From NCBI GenBank assembly GCA_013343275.1, contig CP046106.1, forward strand, positions 352,001 through 416,000: a stretch of 64,000 nucleotides of DNA, written 5' to 3'. A program made the translations under genes and the position numbers. The notes below the pieces were generated by a model. The model was not told where the DNA came from. It did no database searches and saw only the letters and a program-made list of their open reading frames with translations. The DNA is from Candidatus Nanohaloarchaea archaeon (GTDB lineage: Archaea; Nanohalarchaeota; Nanosalinia; Nanosalinales; Nanosalinaceae). How positions within the stretch are numbered: the stretch's first letter is position 1; the number at the start of each line of letters is the position of its first letter. Of this stretch, positions 48,977 through 57,192 are shown in pieces.

Positions 48977-49390
48977 ATGGAGTACAGCGAACTTGAGGAA
49001 GGCCAGAAAATACTGTTCAACGACAGAAAGGCACCTCTAACAGTGGAAAAAGTAGAGGAGGACAGAGTACTGGTTGCAGGTCCGTCCGGCGGAGAATATG
49101 AAATATACAAGGAAGAAGATGCACTTCTAGTCTGCAAGCCAGGAAACAGAAGGTACTCCTCATACTGCAAAGATCTTCGGGACGTCGGCGAGTGGAACCG
49201 GGAAGGCGACACCTGGAAACACTCGAAGACCGGAGCGGAACTCACGCTGGAGAAAAAAGAAAACGGCTTCTGGACAATCAACTCGGAGAAATTTGGGTCA
49301 GAGATCGATACACCGATGTACGGGTACTCTAACAAGGAATTCGCCGAAGAAGACGCAGAGAAATTCGTAAAAAATAATCCAGAAGGATAA
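48977..49390 (+). CDS. Hypothetical protein
   Basis: ILFNDRKAPLTV, GPSGGEY; acidic. Confidence 0.75.
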   Translation: MEYSELEEGQKILFNDRKAPLTVEKVEEDRVLVAGPSGGEYEIYKEEDALLVCKPGNRRYSSYCKDLRDVGEWNREGDTWKHSKTGAELTLEKKENGFWTINSEKFGSEIDTPMYGYSNKEFAEEDAEKFVKNNPEG

Positions 49391-49403
49391 AAAATAGAGA
49401 AGG

Positions 49404-51518
49404 CTATGAGGCCTCCCTGTACGGGATTCTGAAGTGGCCTTCGATGTTGTTCGGTATATGGGCTGGTGCTGGCATATGGCCCTCTACTCCACCGATCTTG
49501 TCCTGATTCTCACGGAGGAACTGTTCAATCTCTCTTTCCCTGTCCATAATGTTATCACGGCCCAGGAAGTCCATTCTAACCACGTAAGGTTCCTCTCCAT
49601 CGAGTTCGGCCTCGTACATTTCCTCGAAAGAGTCAAGCTGTACAGTCTGCATTGAATCAAAGTCAGGCCTTTCTCCATCAACAGCTCTATGCTTGGGCCT
49701 CATCTGTGTGAGATATACTTCATCGCCGTCGGTCACATACTCTAGATCTATATCTCCAAAGGTTTCATGTAGTTCCTCAAGATCCTCCGCCATTCCTTCC
49801 ATAGCTGTACCTTCAACCAATCTGTCTATAGTTTCACCGCTGTATGTTTCGCCTTCTCCTTCTACAGCGCTTTCTGCATCCTCGGCCTCGCTGATAGAGT
49901 AGCTTTCATCGGTAAGATGTACTACTCCACCTCTTTCGTGCTCAACTGCATCCTGGAGTATTACGCTGATGCCGCCGCCGTGCGTCATACCTTTGTCTTC
50001 TCGAGCATTGACTGCTTTCTCGGAGAAGTAGCTTTTGACTACATCCTTGACAGCCTGGCCTGGGGAGCCATCAGCATTGAACGAGTCGTACGTTCCTGCG
50101 AAGTTGGAGGCGCCGTCCTCTCCGTACATGCTGGATCGGGCAATAGTATCTTCACCAACACCCTCGACATACTCGCTGACATCTATATCGTCAATTCTAT
50201 CGATTACTTCTTCTCTCCTCTCTTCATCCATCTCGAAGACATCCTCCTCAACGAGCTCCTGCACTCCGGCATCTTCAAGCATCTGCTCAACGCCAACCGA
50301 GGAGACAACTTTCCCATCCGGGATCTCGTATCCAAGATCAAAGGCCTCCTGCGCATCGTTCAGCAGTTTCAGGCCTTTCCATTTTCCGCCTACAAGACCT
50401 GAGTACATGGCAGGATCGTCCATAGTGAACTCCGTGTAATTACTGCGGCCTTCGGAAAGTTCTTCATCTATTCTCTGCTCCCATTCGTCGACGGAGTCCT
50501 GGAAACTTTCTCTGTCGCCTAGGGTTTCTCCATCAACTTCTATTCCTTCGTCAAGCAGCCAGGAAAGTGCTAGGCCTTTAGGACTGGTTGCATCGCCTAT
50601 TTCATCCAGGTCGCTGTGAATAGCTCTTCCTTCTATCTTTTCCATTCCATCATCAGCTGGAGCACAGATGCTGTCGTACTGGTCGCCCTCTGGGCCTCCT
50701 TCTTTGATGTTGAGAGGCATCCAGTTGTGGAAACGGATGAAGGTGTTGTAGAACTTCCCGAACTCTGCGTTGGTATCGAAACGGGAGTTAGCAAGATCTG
50801 TTAGAACCTGTGCCGAGTCATCAAGGAACTCCTGATCGTAATCTCCAAGGCCGTGCATCTCTTCCAGCATGTCCACTGCCTCGTCAATTTGTGTATGTTC
50901 TCTTTCTACAACTGAGGAAAGCCTTATAGCAGCCCTATTCCATTCTTCCTCATCCATGTTCTCTCTGAGTGCTGGCAGCACTGTTTCAAGGCTGTCAAGC
51001 CCTCCTGCAACCATCGATGCATCCTCGCCGTTCAGGAAAGGATTAAGCTCTTCAGCGTCTCCACCTACGAGACCTTCAATTCCGTAGAAATCTGCGAGAT
51101 GTTTCCAGCCAGCCGTGAACTTACCCATTTTATCTTCAAGCGTGTCATCGGCCTCCATCTCCGCGATCACATTATCGTCTACATAGATATCAGCCAGGAG
51201 GTTGTCCATCATTTCTTTGCTGAGGCCTGGGTTTTGCTTCATTCTGCTGTAGAAATCCTGTACTACTTGCTGGGCCTCTTCGTTTCGTTCCAGTTCTTCG
51301 GCAAAGCTGCTGCCGTTCTCCTCGGCTTCCTGCATTACTTCTTCTAGCAGTTCCTCTTCGCCGGTAACTGAGAAGGGCATTGTATAGTATTCAAATCGTT
51401 TGAAAGTTCCAGCTTCTTCTCCTTCTACGTTTACAGTGAATTCGTCGTCTTCGATGTCTCCGAAGACGTTACCTTCTGGCAGCTTTCTCTCGCCGCCATC
51501 TTGCCCTTCTACTGACAT
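49404..51518 (-). CDS. PEP-synthase/PPDK-type ATP-grasp (dikinase-like) protein with unknown N-terminal domain
   Basis: VGGK, IPDG, RSS..GEDG...FAGTYDS, ILQ, DLEY...YLTQMRP; C-terminal AH....EGHFRIP resembling the phospho-His motif. Confidence 0.75.
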   Translation of the reverse strand: MSVEGQDGGERKLPEGNVFGDIEDDEFTVNVEGEEAGTFKRFEYYTMPFSVTGEEELLEEVMQEAEENGSSFAEELERNEEAQQVVQDFYSRMKQNPGLSKEMMDNLLADIYVDDNVIAEMEADDTLEDKMGKFTAGWKHLADFYGIEGLVGGDAEELNPFLNGEDASMVAGGLDSLETVLPALRENMDEEEWNRAAIRLSSVVEREHTQIDEAVDMLEEMHGLGDYDQEFLDDSAQVLTDLANSRFDTNAEFGKFYNTFIRFHNWMPLNIKEGGPEGDQYDSICAPADDGMEKIEGRAIHSDLDEIGDATSPKGLALSWLLDEGIEVDGETLGDRESFQDSVDEWEQRIDEELSEGRSNYTEFTMDDPAMYSGLVGGKWKGLKLLNDAQEAFDLGYEIPDGKVVSSVGVEQMLEDAGVQELVEEDVFEMDEERREEVIDRIDDIDVSEYVEGVGEDTIARSSMYGEDGASNFAGTYDSFNADGSPGQAVKDVVKSYFSEKAVNAREDKGMTHGGGISVILQDAVEHERGGVVHLTDESYSISEAEDAESAVEGEGETYSGETIDRLVEGTAMEGMAEDLEELHETFGDIDLEYVTDGDEVYLTQMRPKHRAVDGERPDFDSMQTVQLDSFEEMYEAELDGEEPYVVRMDFLGRDNIMDREREIEQFLRENQDKIGGVEGHMPAPAHIPNNIEGHFRIPYREAS

Positions 51519-51608
51519 GTTTTCCACCTTAAAGTAACAATTGTTCAAGACTTAAATGGTTGGCGCTGGAGAGGCCAGAAATTTAACCCTGCAGAACAAA
51601 TATCGACT

Positions 51609-52481
51609 GTGAAATATGTCTGCATAACTGATATCCACAGTTACCTCGATCAAGCCATTGGTGCACTTAAGGAACTGGAAAAAGAGACAGGAATGCAGTT
51701 AATGCAGGGAGAGCAGTGGAGTTCGGAACATAAGCTGATTTTGAATGGAGACATGTTTGATAGAGGCCCTCAGAACAGGGAAACTCTGGAATGGGCACTG
51801 GAAAACGCAGATGTATACAATATAGGCAACCATGAGTTCTTCGCTATGTTTCCAGATATAGTCAACGAGTTCATGAGCGAGGCCTACTTCGAGAACCACG
51901 GTGAGGAAGGCCTTTACTGGAAGAACATGGATGAAGAAGTCAGGCATAGACTTCTTGAGGCCGTTGCCGAAGGCAAGATCACCGCCGCATTCAAAGGTCC
52001 AGAATACATTTACAGTCATTCAGGCAGTGACGAAGGCCCGGACGTAGAAGTTCTCAACCGTAAACTGAGAGATGTAGGTGAGAAGCTGCTTGAAGCCCAT
52101 GAAGAAATGATGGCCGGTGATGAAGAAGCCTTTGAGAGAGCGCAGAGAGAACTTATGCATATTGTTGAAACAGATAACGGCAGAGAGCTTGAGGGCTGTC
52201 CGGAACTTTTTGATGTAACTAGAGATAGCGAGGGCCGGACCTCTACCGGAGGTATTGTGTGGAACCGTTTCTACAATTTAGATACAGAAGTTCCTCAGGT
52301 GGTAGGCCACACAATGGGCATATACATGGTTAACGAAGGATTCGACTGGAATCCTCAATGGCGAGGAGAGGTCCTGAATATCAACACGATAAGAGATTAT
52401 GTACGTGGCGATTCTCCTGTAGCTATTACCGTAGAAGACAGGACAGAGATAGATGTTTTCCTACTCAGGCCTAAGAAATAG
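51609..52481 (+). CDS. PPP/calcineurin-like metallophosphoesterase
   Basis: DIHS, GDMFDRGP, GNHE, SHSG, VVGHT. Confidence 0.88.
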   Translation: MKYVCITDIHSYLDQAIGALKELEKETGMQLMQGEQWSSEHKLILNGDMFDRGPQNRETLEWALENADVYNIGNHEFFAMFPDIVNEFMSEAYFENHGEEGLYWKNMDEEVRHRLLEAVAEGKITAAFKGPEYIYSHSGSDEGPDVEVLNRKLRDVGEKLLEAHEEMMAGDEEAFERAQRELMHIVETDNGRELEGCPELFDVTRDSEGRTSTGGIVWNRFYNLDTEVPQVVGHTMGIYMVNEGFDWNPQWRGEVLNINTIRDYVRGDSPVAITVEDRTEIDVFLLRPKK

Positions 52482-52551
52482 GCTTCTGTATATCTAAGCG
52501 GAGATGTATTTAGGTAGCTGTATAAACAAGATAAGTATAAATGTAGAAAAC

Positions 52552-52671
52552 TAGTCTGGCAGCGTCCCGAGGCTTCCGCCGAAAAGGCAGTACTGCTCGG
52601 ATCGCAGAGAGACTTTACTTCCGTGTTCGGAATGGGTACGGGTGTAACCCTCTCGCTGTGGCCGCCAGTAT
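52552..52671 (-). rRNA. rrf: 5S rRNA (ends approximate)
   Basis: CTGGCGGCCACAGCG...ACACCCGTACCCATTCCGAACACGGAAGTAAAG...AGTACTG...CGCTGCCAG; helix I closes; TTTATAA about 25 nt upstream. Confidence 0.95.
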
Positions 52672-52775
52672 GGTAACATACCTTCTGTAACTCTTATAAA
52701 CACTTCCTCAACGAGAGGTTTCGGGGATCTTGATCAGTGGTCTTAAAACAGTCCTCTGTCTTCTTTCATGTAACA

Positions 52776-54026
52776 ATGCTTGAACCGGTAATGTGGGTTC
52801 TGTACGCAATAGTACTTTACATAACGTTCTTCCTTCTAGTGACACTTTTCGACAAAGGCCACATCAAGCCCGATAGGAAGGGAATCAACGAGTACCCCTC
52901 ACTCTCGTTGATTATCCCTGCCTACAATGAGGAAGAAACAATCGCCATGACTATCGACTCGGCGCTCGACATCAACTATCCTCGGGACAAGTACGATATA
53001 ATCGTTGTTAACGACGGCAGCACCGATTCAACTCTTGAAGAGGCAAAGAAGTTTGAGGAAAACGAGAACGTAACTATAATAGACAAAGAGAACGGAGGGA
53101 AAGGTTCAGCACTGAATGCAGGGGTTCGAGAATCCGATTCAGAAGTCGTAGCATGTGTAGATGCAGATTCTATTCTCCAAGAGGACTCCCTCAAGCACAT
53201 GGTCGCAGAGATGGGAGATGAGTATGCAGGCGTGGCCTCTGCGATGAAAGTTTACAGGCCTGACAACATGCTGCAGAAGCTGCAGTGGGTAGAGTACATC
53301 GTAGGTATCTTCACAAGGAACATTATGGGCCTAATGAATGCCATACACGTAACACCAGGGCCTCTCTCAGTATATGACAGGGAGAAGATTATCGAGGTAG
53401 GAATGTTTGATGAGGACTCACTGGTGGAGGACCAGGAGATCTGCTTCCGGCTGCAGGAAGAGCACTACAAGATAGGCCACGCTAGCCATGCAGAAGTCTA
53501 CACTGTCGCACCATCTACATGGGAGGAGTTCAAGGCCCAGAGATACAGGTGGTACAGAGGTTCTCTTGAGACAGCGATACAGTACAAGCATATGCTTTTC
53601 AACAGAGATTATGGGGATCTCGGAATGTTTGCAGTACCTGCCAAACTTGCGCAGACCTTCCTCTCACTTGTAGTCCTGTTCATCACACTCTACATGTTTG
53701 GAAGGCCTCTTGTAGAGTTCTTAGTGGAGTTCGCCAAGATAGGCTGGTATGTATTTCAGTTCGAACCATTAACGCTTTCCTCGCTGGCGAACCAGATCTA
53801 CTGGAGCCTCATCAGCATAAGATACACCACGTTCTTCTTCATAGCAGCGCTGTTCGGCACATCCATAACTATGGCCTACTTCGCCTCAAAACACACCAAG
53901 GAGAACCTGCTGAAACAGGGTATTCTTCCCGTAGCAGCCTATCTTGGGTTCTTCGTATTTATCAATGGCTACCTCTGGCTGAAAGTCATAGTCAGCATGC
54001 TGAAAGGCACAGAGAGAACATGGTGA
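52776..54026 (+). CDS. Processive GT2 glycosyltransferase (PgaC/IcaA/cellulose-synthase-like)
   Basis: IPAYNEE, DGSTD, GKGSALN, DAD, VED, QRYRW; C-terminal TM segments. Confidence 0.9.
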   Translation: MLEPVMWVLYAIVLYITFFLLVTLFDKGHIKPDRKGINEYPSLSLIIPAYNEEETIAMTIDSALDINYPRDKYDIIVVNDGSTDSTLEEAKKFEENENVTIIDKENGGKGSALNAGVRESDSEVVACVDADSILQEDSLKHMVAEMGDEYAGVASAMKVYRPDNMLQKLQWVEYIVGIFTRNIMGLMNAIHVTPGPLSVYDREKIIEVGMFDEDSLVEDQEICFRLQEEHYKIGHASHAEVYTVAPSTWEEFKAQRYRWYRGSLETAIQYKHMLFNRDYGDLGMFAVPAKLAQTFLSLVVLFITLYMFGRPLVEFLVEFAKIGWYVFQFEPLTLSSLANQIYWSLISIRYTTFFFIAALFGTSITMAYFASKHTKENLLKQGILPVAAYLGFFVFINGYLWLKVIVSMLKGTERTW

Positions 54027-54094
54027 GTAGTACTCTCTTTCATCGATCACTCCCCCCAAAACATTTTTATATTTACCACTCAATAATAACAACT

Positions 54095-54640
54095 ATGAGA
54101 ACTATTGGTGAAGGACTTGAACAGGCTGGTTCGGAGTTTGAAGACTCTTATGACCAGATGATTCAGGCTATCGAAGACGAAGGGCAGATGAGTGACTCTG
54201 CCGAAGATTATTTTGAAGAGGCGCACAGCTATATCTCCGAAGAGCTTGGAGATTTCCAAACCGGAGTGCTTTCTGCACACCAGAAAATACAGGATGCATC
54301 CGACATAGATGATGCTGAGGGCGCAACCGAGTCATTAGAAGATGCAGGTCAAAGCCTAGCAAATGCATATAATGCAGCAAGAGTTGCGTACAACAAAGCC
54401 GAAGGCGTGATTTCAAACGGTGACGAAGCAATCACCTCCGACATCTCTGCTATAGACATGTCTCAAGATATGAGCGAGCTGCACGATGCAGTAGATCAAA
54501 AGGAGCAGGCCTTTGAAATGTACCAGGATGTACTTGATACTGCATCTGCTGAAGTCGCCGAGTTCTACGAAGATCATGGCCTGATAAGCAACATGGACTT
54601 CGGACTTGAGCACCAGCAACCGGAAGAGCTTGATTTCTAA
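54095..54640 (+). CDS. Highly acidic helical hypothetical protein
   Basis: ATG about 25 nt after TTTATAT. Confidence 0.7.
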   Translation: MRTIGEGLEQAGSEFEDSYDQMIQAIEDEGQMSDSAEDYFEEAHSYISEELGDFQTGVLSAHQKIQDASDIDDAEGATESLEDAGQSLANAYNAARVAYNKAEGVISNGDEAITSDISAIDMSQDMSELHDAVDQKEQAFEMYQDVLDTASAEVAEFYEDHGLISNMDFGLEHQQPEELDF

Positions 54641-54732
54641 CATATCCACTTCTCAATTTTTTCTATCAGAACCATCACTCCAGCACCTTCCTATCGTTGC
54701 TTTTTTACGTGGCCTCTGTAAAGGATGTGCGT

Positions 54733-54825
54733 ATGGTGGATGACGAAGACCTCTTCTCCGCCGACGAGGACAGTGAAGACTCTGACTTTGATTTCGATTC
54801 AGACTTCGGCGAAGAAGAGGAGTAG
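54733..54825 (+). CDS. Putative 30-aa hyperacidic micropeptide
   Basis: MVDDEDLFSADEDSEDSDFDFDSDFGEEEE; GAC/GAA-rich codons typical of this genome. Confidence 0.55.
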   Translation: MVDDEDLFSADEDSEDSDFDFDSDFGEEEE

Positions 54826-54992
54826 AGGCCTTTAGTAGAGGTTTCCGGTGTGCACCATGTTCCGAGCGGCTTCCGACCTTGAGTTCCACATATCCGCTTT
54901 CTTCTTAATCAAGAAGTTTTGTAGGGAAAAAGAGGGCAGCACCTCTAATACGGCAGCAACTTTTTTAAATCTAGCTTGCAAACGTTAGGGTT

Positions 54993-55814
54993 GTGTCTAC
55001 CAAATCCAAATACAGTCTGGACGACGTACTTACACCTCAAGAACTTCAAACGCTTCAAACCCCAGATAACATAGATGAAAGACCTGATGCAGAAGTTGTT
55101 GAGTGGGGAGATACCTCTGCAGTCACCACACCAGGTTTCTCCATAGCTTCCTCGATTGAACGCTTCCAAGGCGGAAATCTATCACCCGCACAGGAATCAG
55201 CCCTCAGAGGATTTTCCAACGAGTTTTCAGAACACGGAGAGAATGTCCTATTCATGGATGACGAATTAAGAGAGGTCCTTGGGGACGAAGTAGTCGCCAG
55301 AGTGCAGGGATTTGAAGAGGCATACGTAGCAAAGGTTCTATCCCCTGATCAAGCGATGGACATAGTTGAAAGGTACGATGACCAGTATCTGGGAGATGTT
55401 GTCCAGAGATTTGGTGAGGAGATAGATAGCAACCATGCAGTGCTACCTGCTATTTACAACGATACAGGATTGATAGAGGAGAGGCCTGTAGCACTGATGG
55501 AGGGAGAAGGCCTTATGGCAGGTGAAGACAGCATACCTGTAGAGAAGATGCTTGATGAGGAAGAGGATGATGTCGGAAAGGTAGATCCTCAGTCGATCTC
55601 CATGAAACGATATCCTGCACCGGAAGATGTTGAGGCCAGTTTTTACCTGGATGTACAGCTTCCTGCACATTACGATGAAGCAAGTTACCAGGTAGAGAAC
55701 AACAGTATTGTAATAGAGGCTGATGGACAAAAAGAGCTCCAGAGCTTTGCAACTCCTCCAGAGATTATAGAAGAAGATGAAAACAACGGAGTGTACAGCT
55801 TCGAGATAAAATAA
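54993..55814 (+). CDS. Hypothetical protein with C-terminal Hsp20/alpha-crystallin-like domain
   Basis: LDVQLP...VENNSIVIEA...NNGVYSFEI. Confidence 0.6.
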   Translation: MSTKSKYSLDDVLTPQELQTLQTPDNIDERPDAEVVEWGDTSAVTTPGFSIASSIERFQGGNLSPAQESALRGFSNEFSEHGENVLFMDDELREVLGDEVVARVQGFEEAYVAKVLSPDQAMDIVERYDDQYLGDVVQRFGEEIDSNHAVLPAIYNDTGLIEERPVALMEGEGLMAGEDSIPVEKMLDEEEDDVGKVDPQSISMKRYPAPEDVEASFYLDVQLPAHYDEASYQVENNSIVIEADGQKELQSFATPPEIIEEDENNGVYSFEIK

Positions 55815-55840
55815 ATTCTTTCTTCCCAATTTCTCTTTTT

Positions 55841-56170
55841 ATGGAAGAGCTAATCCAGGATCTCAGAAAGATAGAAGGAGTAAAGGCCGTAAGGAAACAG
55901 TCCGGGCCTGTACTGAAGATAGAATTATTTCACCGTGAGATCCCTGCCAGCGAGGCCGTCGATATACTTGGTGATCTCAGAAGCATTTCTCAGAGTATCG
56001 TCAGTATTCTCGATGAGGCCCGCAGTGACGGAGAGTTCGAATCCTGGGAATGGATTCAGAAACCGGAGAAAAAGTATCAGGAGACTTCTCTGGGCCGAAA
56101 CAGCAGTGTATCCGACAGAAAGGATAAAGGTCACAGGCCGGGATATTACCGCGTCTCAATCATTGAATGA
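55841..56170 (+). CDS. Hypothetical protein
   Basis: ORF track; WEWIQKPEKKY. Confidence 0.7.
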   Translation: MEELIQDLRKIEGVKAVRKQSGPVLKIELFHREIPASEAVDILGDLRSISQSIVSILDEARSDGEFESWEWIQKPEKKYQETSLGRNSSVSDRKDKGHRPGYYRVSIIE

Positions 56171-56173
56171 GAG

Positions 56174-57133
56174 CTAGGGATACCAGTTGACTTTCTTGAG
56201 CTGGCTTGAATGCTTGTAGCTGGGGTCTGAGTCGTATTCGATCACGTATCTGACGGTGAGGTTTTGTTTTTCTGCTTCGTAAGGTATTGAGAACATTAGG
56301 TCGGTTGTTATGGATTCTCCTGGTTTCAGTGTGGCGGCATAGTTTTCTTTGTAGTTGATGGCGCCTGAGGCCGTGTAGGTCTCGTAGCGGGTGCCGTTGT
56401 ACACTACGTAGAATTCGTCGCTTCTGACAGTCTCGATTTTGCTGTTGCCTACGTTTTTGAATTTGACTGTGGCGACTGCGTACTGGTTGTTGATTCTGTA
56501 AGGTGTTTTCTTGTGGACTTCGCCATCGGATCTGTACTTGTAGTAATAGATCAATTCAAGATTCTTGACGGTGTATGACACGTTCCACTGGGTCACATAG
56601 CTTTCGCCCATCGAAAGGTCTGGAACTGTCACATTGAGTCTCTGTTCTGCGATTGGCTCGGAGTCAACCCAGCCGCGGGATGGATCCTCGGTCGGCGCAA
56701 TCTTGGTCCTCCAGTCAAAGAAAGATACACCGGTTTCGACTCCCTGTCTCATGAAAGTAAACTTTTTTGTCTCTCCAGGCCCTAACGTAACGTTAAACTG
56801 CAGATCCTGCAACCTGGTAGTAAAATCATCAGGATGCCTCTTCAGCAAGCGGAAACGCTCAGAACCTTTTTTCCCTCCGATATTCTTCAAAGTCAAGTTA
56901 ATACTGTATTTCTCACTCAGCGAGACTTTGTCCGGCATCGAAAAGCTCACGACATTTATCTGGGTCTCGTCGGCCATGTCAGGGCTCCGAGAGGACTCCT
57001 CAGGCTGTGAAGCTGTCTGGTCCGAAGTATTGTTTCCGGTTTTCGGCGGTGTAGAGCTATCTGTACATCCTGATACGGCCACTACAGTTGAAAGTAAAAG
57101 AATTATTGCGAGCTTCTGGAATCCGGATTCCAT
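56174..57133 (-). CDS. Lipoprotein with DUF4352-like Ig domains
   Basis: Lipobox VAVSGC; VKFKNVG...LKPGES...FSIP. Confidence 0.75.
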   Translation of the reverse strand: MESGFQKLAIILLLSTVVAVSGCTDSSTPPKTGNNTSDQTASQPEESSRSPDMADETQINVVSFSMPDKVSLSEKYSINLTLKNIGGKKGSERFRLLKRHPDDFTTRLQDLQFNVTLGPGETKKFTFMRQGVETGVSFFDWRTKIAPTEDPSRGWVDSEPIAEQRLNVTVPDLSMGESYVTQWNVSYTVKNLELIYYYKYRSDGEVHKKTPYRINNQYAVATVKFKNVGNSKIETVRSDEFYVVYNGTRYETYTASGAINYKENYAATLKPGESITTDLMFSIPYEAEKQNLTVRYVIEYDSDPSYKHSSQLKKVNWYP

Positions 57134-57192
57134 GTGAAAGATTTCACAGGCCTTTCTTTAAGAAACAGCAGGCTGACAGCCAAGGCCTCTAC

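Noticed and set aside
54832-54891. Minus-strand MWNSRSEAARNMVHTGNLY resembling a ribbon-helix-helix fragment
   Set aside because: Too short and lacks a credible N-terminal strand; at most a remnant
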